A stretch of 64,000 nucleotides of DNA from Candidatus Multivoradales bacterium (GTDB lineage Bacteria > Acidobacteriota > Thermoanaerobaculia > Multivoradales > JAHEKO01), in assembly GCA_965223155.1 (NCBI GenBank), contig CBDCVR010000014.1, forward strand, positions 512,001 through 576,000, in the 5' to 3' direction. The translations under genes and the position numbers were made by a program. Below the pieces are notes generated by a model. That model saw nothing but the letters and a program-made list of their open reading frames with translations. It did not search any database and was not told the origin of the DNA. The stretch's first letter is position 1; every line of letters starts with the position of its first letter. Of the stretch, positions 10,826 to 20,755 are shown in pieces.

Positions 10826-13066
10826 CTACTGGAGCCAGGCGTAGCCGAGCTTCAAGAACAGCGTCCTGTTGGCCTGGGTCAGGTCGATCAGCCGCGAACC
10901 CAGACGGTTGTCCGAATAGCCGACGAAGAGCAGGGTTTGCGGATTGACCTTATAGGACACCAGGAACTGGGTGAACAAGCGCTCGCTCTCGGGACTGACC
11001 GGGCTCGTAAACAGAGCCGGATTGCGCTCGATGTCGGTGAACTGGAAGATCGCCCTGGCGAACATCCGAACGTTGAAGTTGTAGACGAAGCGAAGCTGGC
11101 TCAGATCGGCCTCGAAGAGCTCGCCGCCCTCGACGTCCAGAGCCTGGCGCGTGTGGTCCAGCTTGATGTTGATGTGGCGGCCGATCTTGGCCTCGACGGC
11201 CGGCACCAGGACTGTCTGATCCGCTTGCTGGTTGTTGCTGAAATCGACGGCGTCACCCAGGTTGGCGAAGAGCGAGAACTCGACCGCCCCGGTGGGCTGA
11301 AACTCACCGTAGAACTGCATCTGATCCAGGTCTTCGTAGAGGACGCCGCCGAAAAATTCCTTGTTGCGCTCGAGCGAGATCTCGGCGAACGACTGCAGCG
11401 GCCCGGACACGTTGGCGAAGATATCGACTCCCTGCTCGGTCAGCCGCCCCGAGTGATCCTCGGACCGCTCGGTGAAGACACCAACGTCGACCCGGTTCCA
11501 CCAGTCTCCCTCGCCGCCACGGAAGCGGCGGATCAAGGTTCCGGTAGCGCGCTCGACGTCGACCTGGGTGATGAAGCCGCTGTCGGCCCGGAAGTCGGGG
11601 TCGAGACTCCTGTAGCTGGTGAACCACAGCCACTTGCGGGCGGCATGGTCGTAGTTGATCCGAAAGGCGTCGCCTTCGAAGCCGTCGGGACTTTGGCCGA
11701 AGGTCGCCGCCACTCCGCCCGGATACCGTGTGTCGGAGCGCAGGTACTGAAACTCGATCGTGTCGGTGTCGCCGAGACGGAAGAAGCCGTCCACACCGCC
11801 CACCCGGTTGTGGTATCCGTCGCCCTCGCGGCCGGTAAAGAGCACTCCCAGAGTCGAGTTCTTGCCGATGTCCCGCCGGTAGCGCAGCACCGAGGCCGTC
11901 ACCTCATCATCCACGAAAGCCAGATTGGAGCCCTGATTCGACGGCAGCAGCAGGCTGTTGACCTCGTCTTCGGCCACGAAGACGCCGTAGCCGTTCTTGC
12001 CCGACTTGCTGGTGAGCTTGAGCCCCCACTTGGGGTCCACCACCGAGCGGGTGAAGACCGCCCGGAACGGCGTGGCGAAGAAATCCACCCCTTCCAGAAA
12101 GAACGGACGCTTCTCCGGGAAAAAGAGCGCGAAGCGCTCGTTGACGTCGAGTTGAGCGACGTCGGCCTCCACCTGGGAGAAGTCCGGATTGATGGTGGCG
12201 TTCAAGGATACGTTGGGAGTAATGCCCCAGCGCATGCTGACGCCCGGCTCGAAGTCTTCGCCGCCATCGACAAAGTCCCCGTCCGGAAACTCCTCGCGCA
12301 CGTCGGTTCGGCTGACCGTCAGGGTCGGGTCGAACTCCAGATTCCGTCCCGACTCGAGGCCTTCGAACCCGGTCACTTTGTCGACCTGGCACAGAAGGCA
12401 CGAGCGGTCCCGGTCCCGGAGGTTGGCGGCGATCCGGTGCCGGTTGCTGCGGGGATACGAGCGCCCCAGCTCGACGCCCCACGTCTGCACGCCATCGGTC
12501 CTCGGGAAGCGGAGCTGTTTGAACGGCAGGGCGATCTCGACCGCGTAGCCCCAGGAGGTGATCTGGCCGGCCGAGTCCCAGATGATGTCCCAGGAAAAGT
12601 CCTCGATGCCGTCGACCTCGCTGAAGATGGCGTCCGCTTGGACGCCCAACGGATTGATCCGGAACTGCACCGCCCGGCGCTCGTCGTTGAAGGTGTCGAT
12701 CATGACCGTGACGTGATCGTCCTGGACGAAGGTCGCGATCTGGTCGCGGTCCATGAGATGCGCGCGAATCTGGCCGGGCTCCGGGTCCTCGGCCCGAAAC
12801 GCGATGTAGAGGTGCTCCGTGTCGTAGGTGAGAAGCGCGGTGGTGGCCACCGGCGGCTCGGCGTTGTCTCCGGGCGACCATTCGTAGCGCAGCGGAATCG
12901 CCAATGCCGAGTCCCATGCGGCTTCGTCGAGGGCGCCATCCACCCGGATCTCGGAAGCGGCTCGGCCGATCTCGAACGGTTCTCCGGTCTCGGCGCCGTG
13001 GGCGGCACTCGCCCAAGAGGCCACCAGCACGCACAAGGATGCCTGCACAAAGTTCACTCGACCCAC
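10826..13066 (-). CDS. CBM9-like plus DUF5916 outer-membrane/exported protein
   Basis: VDGALDEAAW, NPLGVQAD, NPDFSQVEAD, FFPEKRPFFLEG; C-terminal LKLGYAW. Confidence 0.85.
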   Translation of the reverse strand: MGRVNFVQASLCVLVASWASAAHGAETGEPFEIGRAASEIRVDGALDEAAWDSALAIPLRYEWSPGDNAEPPVATTALLTYDTEHLYIAFRAEDPEPGQIRAHLMDRDQIATFVQDDHVTVMIDTFNDERRAVQFRINPLGVQADAIFSEVDGIEDFSWDIIWDSAGQITSWGYAVEIALPFKQLRFPRTDGVQTWGVELGRSYPRSNRHRIAANLRDRDRSCLLCQVDKVTGFEGLESGRNLEFDPTLTVSRTDVREEFPDGDFVDGGEDFEPGVSMRWGITPNVSLNATINPDFSQVEADVAQLDVNERFALFFPEKRPFFLEGVDFFATPFRAVFTRSVVDPKWGLKLTSKSGKNGYGVFVAEDEVNSLLLPSNQGSNLAFVDDEVTASVLRYRRDIGKNSTLGVLFTGREGDGYHNRVGGVDGFFRLGDTDTIEFQYLRSDTRYPGGVAATFGQSPDGFEGDAFRINYDHAARKWLWFTSYRSLDPDFRADSGFITQVDVERATGTLIRRFRGGEGDWWNRVDVGVFTERSEDHSGRLTEQGVDIFANVSGPLQSFAEISLERNKEFFGGVLYEDLDQMQFYGEFQPTGAVEFSLFANLGDAVDFSNNQQADQTVLVPAVEAKIGRHINIKLDHTRQALDVEGGELFEADLSQLRFVYNFNVRMFARAIFQFTDIERNPALFTSPVSPESERLFTQFLVSYKVNPQTLLFVGYSDNRLGSRLIDLTQANRTLFLKLGYAWLQ

Positions 13067-13168
13067 GAAGAACCTCCTTTCGCTTCCGGCTGCCGACTAC
13101 TACGGTAGCGGAATCGCAGGGTTTCCATCGAACGGCCGTCCCGCGGCGGAGCTAGAATACGACTCTCC

Positions 13169-14173
13169 ATGCTCGTTGGACGCCGATTGGAGCTCCTCAC
13201 GGCTCTCGCCCTCCTAGCCGTACCCGCGGCCGCCGAGGACTCCTACGAGCTCTGGTACTCGGTGACCTCCCGGGTCCGGAGCGTTCGCGTCAACGCCGAT
13301 CTCATCGCCGGCGGCAGGCTGCTGATGTCCGCCTCGTCGATGGCCGAGGGCGGCCACCGCCTGGCATTGGAGCGCCCCCTCGAAGAACCCTGGAAGTTCT
13401 TCTGGGTCGATCCTCTGGGTCCGCTCGCATCTCAGGCCAAGCTAGGCGCCGTCGCCACCTTGCCCGAGGGATCCTGGGACGCGCTCAACGCCGCCCGTGA
13501 GCGCATCGCCGCCGTCGGCCGTCGCGAGCACGCCAAGTGGCAGACCACCGCCTACAAGCCCAGGCGGCTGGACGGGACGTTCGCCTTCGTGGTGATCGGC
13601 TCCCCGGACGGCCGCTTCTCGGTCGATATCGGCCCGGAAGGGACGGTGACGGCCCACGAGAACCACCTCACCGACCACTGGTTGCCGGGGCCCTTTTCTC
13701 AGTTTCTGGGTCCCTGGGGCGAGGCCCGCGGCTACTGGTTCTGGAACGCCGGAGAGCGCAAGCCGCCGCCCTGGGAGCCCCACTCCTACCATGGACTCGA
13801 GGCCGCCCTGGAGTTGCTGAAGCTGCCCCTTCCGACCGGCGAGCTGGAGCGCTCGACCGCCGACTGGAGCAAGCTGCGCCGCGGCATCTTGAAGACCCTG
13901 ACCACCCTGGCGCCCAGAACGCGGAAGACCCTGGACCAAAGATCTCTGACCCGCACGGTCCATCTCGACGTGACCGTGACCCGCAACCAGCGGGGCGGCG
14001 TCATCGTCCGGCAGGCCGAGGCCGTGGTGCGCTCGGACGACCTGCGCGTAGTGCGGGAAGAGCGCCACGCTACCGACGGCACACCGCTGTCCGACGTCCT
14101 GAGCGCCCGCTGGGCCCAGCCCCGCTCCTTCATCGAGCTCGAGGTCGGCTACCGCAAGCGGGACCGCCGCTAG
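13169..14173 (+). CDS. exported hypothetical protein
   Basis: Signal peptide ending AVPAAA; 334 aa; 28 nt upstream of the dynamin-like gene. Confidence 0.7.
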   Translation: MLVGRRLELLTALALLAVPAAAEDSYELWYSVTSRVRSVRVNADLIAGGRLLMSASSMAEGGHRLALERPLEEPWKFFWVDPLGPLASQAKLGAVATLPEGSWDALNAARERIAAVGRREHAKWQTTAYKPRRLDGTFAFVVIGSPDGRFSVDIGPEGTVTAHENHLTDHWLPGPFSQFLGPWGEARGYWFWNAGERKPPPWEPHSYHGLEAALELLKLPLPTGELERSTADWSKLRRGILKTLTTLAPRTRKTLDQRSLTRTVHLDVTVTRNQRGGVIVRQAEAVVRSDDLRVVREERHATDGTPLSDVLSARWAQPRSFIELEVGYRKRDRR

Positions 14174-14201
14174 CCCACCGGCCTTACCGGGTCGAAGCAG
14201 C

Positions 14202-15971
14202 ATGCTGGAAACCGTCCTCAACGAGCCACAGCGCCGGATCCTGAGCGCCGAGCGCGGCGTCCTGGCAAAGCTCCAGACGCTCATCGCCGGCACCGACGCT
14301 CCGGCCGCGGCCAGGGAAACCCTGGCCGAAGCCCTGGCCTCTCTGGACGAGTTCTTCCTGCTCGTCGTCGTGGGTGAGTTCAACTCCGGCAAGAGCACTT
14401 TCATCAACGCCCTCCTCGGCGAGCGGCTCCTGGAGGAGGGCGTCACCCCGACCACGAGCCGCATCCACCGCCTGCGCTACGGCGAGGAAGCCTCACGGCG
14501 GACCGACCCTCAAGGCATCGAGGAGGTGACCGCGCCCTTCGAGCTCCTGCGCCGAATCCACGTGGTCGATACGCCCGGCACCAACGCTCTCGACCGCGAG
14601 CATCAGGCGTTGACCGAACGCTTCATCCCCAAGGCCGACCTGGTGCTCTTCGTGACCTCGGCGGACCGGCCGTTCTCCGAGAGCGAGCGCGCCTTCCTCG
14701 CCGACATCCGCGAATGGGGCAAGAAGCTGGTCGTGGTGATCAACAAGATCGATTTCCTCGCCTCGGACGACGACCGGAACAAGGTCGAAGCCTTCGTCCG
14801 CGACAACGCCAGGCGTCTTCTTGGAGCCGAAGGAAACGAAGGCGCCACGCCGACGCTCTTTGCGGTGTCGGCCAAAGCGGCCCTGGAGGCCAAGCTCGGC
14901 GACGACGAAGGCGGACTCGCCGCCAGCGGCTTCCGCGAGCTCGAAACCTTTGTCTCGACGACCTTGGACGAGACCGAACGCATCCGGTTGAAACTCGCCA
15001 ATCCGGTCGGCATCGCCCGACGAATCTGCGACGAGCTCGGCGAGACAGTGAGCAAGCGCCTCGAGCTTCTGGCCGACGACGTCAAGACGCTGGAGTCGAT
15101 CGAGACCCAGCTCGAGCTCTACCAGGAGGATCTGCGCTCCTCGTTTCGGTTTCGCCTCGCCGACGTGGACAACGAGCTCCTGGCCTTCGAGAAGCGCGGC
15201 GTCGAGTTCTTTGACGACACCCTGCGGATCTCCCGTGCCCTGGATCTCATGAACAAGGAGCGCATCCGCGGCGAGTTCGAGCGCAAGGTCATCCAGGAGA
15301 CTCCCAACCGGCTCGAGGAGAAGGTCCAGGAAGTGATCGACTGGATGATCTCGGCCGAGCTGGAACAGTGGCAGGAGGTCTCGGCCCGCATCGAACGCCG
15401 CCGCCGGAGCCACGAGGGCGCCGACCAGGCCATCGGCGAGCTGGGCCGCTTCGAGTACAACCGGGCCGAGCTTTTGAAGACGGTAGGCCGGGCGGCCCGC
15501 AGCTCGATCGAGAGCTTCGATCAGCGCGGTGAGGCCAAGCGCCTGGCCGACTCGGTCCACACCGCCATCGCCGGCACCGCCATCGTCGAGGCCAGCGCGG
15601 TCGGCCTGGGCACCATCTTTACCGTGCTGGCGACCACCCAGGTCGCCGACATCACCGGCATCCTGGCGGCTTCGGCGATCGCGGTCGTGGGCTTCTTCAT
15701 CCTGCCGGCGCGCCGGAAGAAGGCCAAGGTCGAGCTCAAGAACAAGATCGTCACGCTGCGCAACAAGCTGATGGATGGCCTGGCCGAACAGTTCGACCGC
15801 GAGGTCGAGCGCAGTAGCCAGCGCGTCCTGGAAGCCATCGCGCCCTACTCCCGGTTCGTCCGGGGCGAAGGCACGACCCTCCGGACCCTTGAGATCGGCC
15901 TCCGGGAAGTGGCCGGCGAGCTGGACGAGCTCGACGCCGAGATCCAAACACTCGGAACCGAGGCTTTGTAA
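14202..15971 (+). CDS. bacterial dynamin-like GTPase (FZL/mitofusin-like) with TM hairpin
   Basis: GEFNSGKS (G1), TPTT (G2), DTPG (G3), NKID (G4); long helical stalk; hydrophobic hairpin near the C-terminus. Confidence 0.9.
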   Translation: MLETVLNEPQRRILSAERGVLAKLQTLIAGTDAPAAARETLAEALASLDEFFLLVVVGEFNSGKSTFINALLGERLLEEGVTPTTSRIHRLRYGEEASRRTDPQGIEEVTAPFELLRRIHVVDTPGTNALDREHQALTERFIPKADLVLFVTSADRPFSESERAFLADIREWGKKLVVVINKIDFLASDDDRNKVEAFVRDNARRLLGAEGNEGATPTLFAVSAKAALEAKLGDDEGGLAASGFRELETFVSTTLDETERIRLKLANPVGIARRICDELGETVSKRLELLADDVKTLESIETQLELYQEDLRSSFRFRLADVDNELLAFEKRGVEFFDDTLRISRALDLMNKERIRGEFERKVIQETPNRLEEKVQEVIDWMISAELEQWQEVSARIERRRRSHEGADQAIGELGRFEYNRAELLKTVGRAARSSIESFDQRGEAKRLADSVHTAIAGTAIVEASAVGLGTIFTVLATTQVADITGILAASAIAVVGFFILPARRKKAKVELKNKIVTLRNKLMDGLAEQFDREVERSSQRVLEAIAPYSRFVRGEGTTLRTLEIGLREVAGELDELDAEIQTLGTEAL

Positions 15972-16001
15972 GCCGAGGCGGGGCGCGAAGATTTCTATCC
16001 G

Positions 16002-16033
16002 AAAAAAAAGCCGCCCTCCGCCGAGGGCGGCCG
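16002..16033 (-). terminator. rho-independent terminator for the metalloprotease gene
   Basis: Minus strand GCCGCCCTC-GGCG-GAGGGCGGC followed by T8. Confidence 0.85.
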
Positions 16034-16077
16034 GTGCTTCGATGTCTCGAACGATTCAGGGCCCGGGCATCGAGCGC

Positions 16078-16914
16078 CTAGTGGTCCTTAAACAGCTCCG
16101 CAAACTCGAGCGTCCAGGTAACGTGGGTGATTACCCTGCGACCCTGGCCAAAGTCCTGGACGAAGATGGCCTGACCGCCGTCCCGCGAAACCGCCATCAA
16201 GCGGCCCCACTGCGCTACGTTCGGCAACTCCATGTCGTTGAAGGCCGGAGGCGCCGGAGTCGCGGCGTTGCACTTCGGGCTACGGGGATTGCAACCCTTG
16301 CCGCCATCCGTGTCGAGATGTCCGTACAGCGTCTCGAGCTGCTCGTAGTCGTGGGCGTTGGGCGCGCGGTTCGAGGGCGGGCCTTCCGGGTCACTCGTGT
16401 AGTCCATACACGTGCCGAGGTTTCCGTTGTTGAAATTCTCATCCTGATGGCCGAGTCCAAAGACATGGCCGACCTCCTGGCACATGACCATGTCCCGCCA
16501 ACCGTCGGTGTTATACGGCGGGCTGTTGTGGTAGGTGTCGTTCATCTTCGCGACGGCGCGCGTGATGTGGTCGCCATCTGCCCAGATCTGAGCGACACCC
16601 AGCCAACCGGTGTTGCCGTAGGTGTCGTTACAGACCTCGATCCGGCCGTTCCGGGCGCCACAATTGCCCCGGGCTTTCCCGGAGACAATCGAGAGGTCCA
16701 ACACCGAAGACGCGTTCCAGTCGGCGTTGGCTTCGACCAGCCAACCGTCCCAGGTGGCGTCCACGTTGTCGCCCAGACCTAGTGACACTGGGTTCGACGA
16801 GCGCTCCCAATGGTAGTTGCCCCAGGAATGACCCGCCTGGGCCGGGATCGCCGCCAGTCCGACGACAAGGGCCATGGCGACCACCGGTAGACAGAGTTTC
16901 AACAGACTTCGCGT
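16078..16914 (-). CDS. secreted zinc metalloprotease-like (metzincin) protein; start codon uncertain
   Basis: CQEVGHVFGLGH (metzincin-like, Q in place of the first His), CMDY Met-turn, signal peptide ...IPAQA. Confidence 0.75.
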   Translation of the reverse strand, partial: TRSLLKLCLPVVAMALVVGLAAIPAQAGHSWGNYHWERSSNPVSLGLGDNVDATWDGWLVEANADWNASSVLDLSIVSGKARGNCGARNGRIEVCNDTYGNTGWLGVAQIWADGDHITRAVAKMNDTYHNSPPYNTDGWRDMVMCQEVGHVFGLGHQDENFNNGNLGTCMDYTSDPEGPPSNRAPNAHDYEQLETLYGHLDTDGGKGCNPRSPKCNAATPAPPAFNDMELPNVAQWGRLMAVSRDGGQAIFVQDFGQGRRVITHVTWTLEFAELFKDH

Positions 16915-17033
16915 TGCAGTTCCCTCCTGTGAGAATGAATTCTTCCCGCCGGTGGCGGGGGCTCGGTGCGGTCTCGCCTCCACAAACTGACTTGATTCAA
17001 AAAACTGTATCGCGTGGTGGCATCACGGGTCAA

Positions 17034-17063
17034 CTGTGATTTCCGCGTCTGTGATTTCCGCGT
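17034..17063. repeat. 15-bp direct repeat (x2) in a divergent promoter region
   Basis: CTGTGATTTCCGCGT twice in tandem. Confidence 0.7.
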
Positions 17064-17081
17064 CACGCGACGAGAAACCGC

Positions 17082-17110
17082 TTGCCCGACTCAGCAATCC
17101 GAGACATAGT
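17082..17110 (+). promoter_or_regulatory. sigma70-type promoter for the tRNA
   Basis: TTGCCC-N17-CATAGT, 13 nt upstream of the tRNA. Confidence 0.5.
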
Positions 17111-17123
17111 CGCCTGCTTGCAC

Positions 17124-17199
17124 GCGCCGCTAGCTCAATGGATAGAGCACCAGACTTCGGATCTGGCGGTTCGGGGTTCGAGTCCCTGGCGGCGCGCCA
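17124..17199 (+). tRNA. tRNA-Arg (anticodon UCG)
   Basis: Acceptor GCGCCGC/GCGGCGC, D arm GCTC/GAGC with A20, anticodon stem CCAGA/TCTGG with loop CT-TCG-GA, TTCGAGT T-loop, encoded CCA. Confidence 0.95.
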
Positions 17200-17322
17200 G
17201 ACCCTCTAGTCCCAGCCCCCGGCGCGGTCGAGCCGCCGGTTTGGAGCCACCGAAGCTGCCGGAGCCGCGCCCACGGCCCATCCGATGCGCCGGCTCCTTC
17301 CTGCCCGGCTACGGTCTACCCC

Positions 17323-18681
17323 CTACGGCCAGATGCCCCGCTCGAGAGTCACTCGAGCCACCCGGTCGATGGCCAGGATGAAGGCCGCGGTCCGGAGGTC
17401 TACGCGGTCGAGCTTCTTGTCACCGAAGCGCCGAGCCTTGTTGACCCGCGCCTGGGTATCGATGACGTCGTCGGCGGCCCGCACCATGCGCTTCTTGAGG
17501 CGCCGGTTGACCTCGTCTTCGTCCCACTGCTCGTTCTCGACGTTCTGGACCCACTCGTAGAAGCTCACGGTGACGCCGCCGGCGTTGGCCAAAATGTCCG
17601 GTATGACCGGAATGCCCCGTTCGAAGAGAATCCGGTCGGCCGCGGGCGTCGTCGGCCCGTTGGCGGCCTCGACCACCAGTCGAGCCTGTACCGAGCCGGC
17701 ATTGTCGGACCGGATCTGGTTCTCTAGGGCTGCCGGGATCAGGATGTCGCAGCGCAGCTCGAGGAGTTCCTCGTTGGTGATCGTCTTCGACTTGCCGTAG
17801 CCGACGACCGAACCGGTCTCCTGCTTGTGGGCGATCACCTTCTTGGCGCTGATGCCGCGGCTGTTGTAGATGGCGCCTCGTGAATCGCTGACGCCCACGA
17901 TCTTGGCGTCCGCCTCCGAGAAGAGCTCGGCGGCGATCGAGCCGGCGTTGCCGAAGCCCTGGATGACCACCTTCTGCCCGGCCACCGCCTCCATCCCGTC
18001 GACGAGGCCGCGCTCGAGCGCCTGCTGGGTAACGAAGAGCGACCCGCGGGCGGTGGCCTCGCGGCGGCCCAGGGAGCCGCCGATCTCGACCGGCTTGCCG
18101 GTAACCACCGGCAGGTTGTTCTTGCCCGGATGCATCATTTGGTAGGTGTCGTAGATCCAAGCCATGGTCTCGGCGTTGGTGTTGACGTCGGGCGCCGGCA
18201 CGTCGGTGTAGGGCCCAATCAACTCTCCCAACTCGGAGACGAAGCGCCGGGTGATGCGCCGCACGTCCTTGCGGGACAGGCGCTTGGGATCGCACACCAC
18301 GCCGCCCTTGGCGCCGCCGAACGGAATGCCCACGACCGCGCACTTCCAGGTCATCCAGGACGCCAGCGCCCGGACCTCATCAGCGGTCACGTCCGGATGG
18401 AACCGGATCCCGCCCTTGCCCGGACCCCGCACCTTGTTGTGCAGCACCCGGTAGCCGACGAAGTTCTTGACCCGGCCCCGCTCGGTAGCGATCGGGAACT
18501 CGACGGTGACGGTCCGGTCGGGCCGTTTCAGGAACTCGATCATGCCCGGCCCTAGCTCGGGCAAGTACTGGACCGCCTTGTCGAACTGCTGCTGCGCGAT
18601 GACGAAAGGGTTGAGTTCCTCGGCGCCCCCCTCCCCGTCCGCGTGCGAGCGCCTGGATACCACCGTCGTTCTTGCTGCCAT
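17323..18681 (-). CDS. gdhA: Glu/Leu/Phe/Val dehydrogenase (glutamate dehydrogenase)
   Basis: GPGKGGIRFHP, MTWKCA, GGAKGG, DVPAPD, QGFGNAG, EAANGP, NAGGVTVS. Confidence 0.93.
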   Translation of the reverse strand: MAARTTVVSRRSHADGEGGAEELNPFVIAQQQFDKAVQYLPELGPGMIEFLKRPDRTVTVEFPIATERGRVKNFVGYRVLHNKVRGPGKGGIRFHPDVTADEVRALASWMTWKCAVVGIPFGGAKGGVVCDPKRLSRKDVRRITRRFVSELGELIGPYTDVPAPDVNTNAETMAWIYDTYQMMHPGKNNLPVVTGKPVEIGGSLGRREATARGSLFVTQQALERGLVDGMEAVAGQKVVIQGFGNAGSIAAELFSEADAKIVGVSDSRGAIYNSRGISAKKVIAHKQETGSVVGYGKSKTITNEELLELRCDILIPAALENQIRSDNAGSVQARLVVEAANGPTTPAADRILFERGIPVIPDILANAGGVTVSFYEWVQNVENEQWDEDEVNRRLKKRMVRAADDVIDTQARVNKARRFGDKKLDRVDLRTAAFILAIDRVARVTLERGIWP

Positions 18682-18878
18682 TCTCGAGAGCCTCCGTTCG
18701 CGGGTTTGCTTGCGTGAAGCCGAACTCCATCAGACACCGGCCTGGGGCGTCAACCGGCCCAAGCGGTCCATCCGGACCCCAGGCCCGAGCCTCGCCCCAC
18801 CCGTTGGACTCCGCCTCTCCGGCAAGGCAAACTAGGACGGAACTGGCGCCCCCTCGCGCCGCCGGAGGTACCCACCCG

Positions 18879-19772
18879 ATGATGTCCTCGCGTATCCGAT
18901 TCGCAAGAGCCGCCCTTCTGCCGCTTCCCGCCGCGGTCCTTCTCGGTGGCCTTCTGGGCTGGTCCTGCGCCAAGACCGAACAGCCCGGTTCGGTTGACGG
19001 CCCGTCCGAGGCCCCCACCAGCGGCGACCGGGACTTCGCGGAAGTCGAGGGCCGCGAGATCGATTACGAGATCGACGGCGTTCGACTCACCGGCTATCTC
19101 GCCTACGACGCCAACCGCGTCGAGCCCCGGCCCGGAGTCTTGGTCGTTCACGAGTGGTGGGGGCACAACGACTACGTACGCCGGCGAGCCGATCAACTGG
19201 CGGCGATGGGTTACGCGGCCTTCGCACTCGACATGTACGGTTCGGGCAAGCTGGCCGAGCACCCGGAGGACGCCCAGCGATTCATGACCGAGATCTTCGA
19301 GAATCTGGAGGGCGCGGTCGAGCGTTTCCTAGGCGCGCAAGATCTCCTGGCTCGCCAGCCGGTCACCGACCCGGAGCGAATCGCGGCGATCGGCTACTGC
19401 TTCGGTGGCGCGGTGGTTCTTCACATGGCCAGGATCGGCGCCGAGCTCGACGCCGTGGCCAGCTTCCACGGCAGCCTGGCGACCCAGACTCCGGCGCAAC
19501 CGGGACGAACGCGGGCTCGGGTCCTGGTCGCCCACGGCGCCGCCGATCCCTTCGTCTCCGCCGACGAGATCGACGCGTTCGAGCAAGAGATGAGCGCTGC
19601 CGGAGTGGACATGCGGTTCATTTCCTACCCCGGTGCCAAGCACTCGTTCACCAATCCGGCCGCCACCGAGACGGGCCTCGCATTCGACATGCCCCTCGAG
19701 TACGACCCCGAGGCCGACGCCGCGAGCTGGCAGGAGCTCGAACGGTTCCTGGCGAGCTCCTTTTCAGGCTAA
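18879..19772 (+). CDS. dienelactone hydrolase family protein (probable lipoprotein)
   Basis: HEWWG, GYCFGG, SFHG, HSFTNP; N-terminal hydrophobic stretch ending GWSC. Confidence 0.9.
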   Translation: MMSSRIRFARAALLPLPAAVLLGGLLGWSCAKTEQPGSVDGPSEAPTSGDRDFAEVEGREIDYEIDGVRLTGYLAYDANRVEPRPGVLVVHEWWGHNDYVRRRADQLAAMGYAAFALDMYGSGKLAEHPEDAQRFMTEIFENLEGAVERFLGAQDLLARQPVTDPERIAAIGYCFGGAVVLHMARIGAELDAVASFHGSLATQTPAQPGRTRARVLVAHGAADPFVSADEIDAFEQEMSAAGVDMRFISYPGAKHSFTNPAATETGLAFDMPLEYDPEADAASWQELERFLASSFSG

Positions 19773-19873
19773 GCCCGGCGGGCGCCAGCCTGGCTGTCGC
19801 GCCTTCCACAGACAAACTCGCGGGGCCGGGCTACGCTTCTTTGGAGTCACCCACCCACCGGAGATTCCTGCCC

Positions 19874-20755
19874 ATGAGCCAGCCCGACCGAGCCAACCGT
19901 CTCGACCTACTGAACCGCATCGAGCTCTTCGATTCCTTGAGCGAAGACTGGAAGTACTACCTGTGCGAGCGCTTCCGCGAGGTGCGACTCGAGGACGACG
20001 ACTTCGTCTACCGCGCGGGCGAGGCATCCACCGATCTCTACGTCCTGGTCGACGGCGGGGTGGCTCTGTTTACCGATACGCCCGGCGAGCCGGTTGTGCT
20101 GCGCACCCGGATCGAGCCGGGAACGCTCTTCGGAGAGGTCGGCGTGCTCGACGGCTCGCCGCGCTCGCTGTCGGCACGGGCCGAGGGTGCGACCACGGTC
20201 CTCCGCCTCGACGGCAACGACCTGGTCGCCACCGCACGGGCTCACGAGGACATGGCCCAGACTCTCTGCCAGATCGCGATCGGCAAGGCGCTCGAGAACC
20301 GGGCCGCCCAGGCGGAGCTGGCGCGCCGTCGAGAGGTTCGCATCAGGATCGGCTACCCGGTCGAGGTTCGCACCGAATTCGATCGGTTCTCCTCGGTGCT
20401 CGAAAACCTGTCGCTCGGAGGCCTGTGCCTGCACGGCGTGCCTCAGGGGTGGCAGATGGGCGACTCGGGAAAAATGGCAATCCATCTGGATCCCGCCGCC
20501 CCGCTCCTGCGCTTCGAAGGCACGATCGCCTGGCGCAAGAAGGACCGGGCAGGCGTCGTCTTCACTCGGACCGTCGAGGACCACGAGTTCCGGGTCGCGC
20601 GGACCATTCACCGACTCGTGACCGCGAGGTTGGGAGATTCGAGCACGGGCAAAGACGCTGCCGGGGCGCCGCCGGTTGCGGCTTCGGATCCGGATTCGGA
20701 GGCCACCTCGCGCTCGAACGGCCTCGGGACCCGACCGATCCTACCGGCGTCGTAG
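19874..20755 (+). CDS. cyclic nucleotide-binding domain plus PilZ domain protein
   Basis: FGEVGVLDGSPRSLSARA (cNMP cassette); RREVR and ENLSLGG (PilZ RxxxR and NxSxxG). Confidence 0.85.
   Translation: MSQPDRANRLDLLNRIELFDSLSEDWKYYLCERFREVRLEDDDFVYRAGEASTDLYVLVDGGVALFTDTPGEPVVLRTRIEPGTLFGEVGVLDGSPRSLSARAEGATTVLRLDGNDLVATARAHEDMAQTLCQIAIGKALENRAAQAELARRREVRIRIGYPVEVRTEFDRFSSVLENLSLGGLCLHGVPQGWQMGDSGKMAIHLDPAAPLLRFEGTIAWRKKDRAGVVFTRTVEDHEFRVARTIHRLVTARLGDSSTGKDAAGAPPVAASDPDSEATSRSNGLGTRPILPAS

Noticed and set aside
10643-13108. Long antisense ORFs (also 2976..4862, 14493..15947, 24145..25845, 49975..51318)
   Set aside because: Shadows of real opposite-strand genes in high-GC DNA; no motifs or RBS.
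17124-17330. tRNA as an island integration site
   Set aside because: No integrase nearby and I found no duplicated tRNA 3' end; gdhA follows directly.
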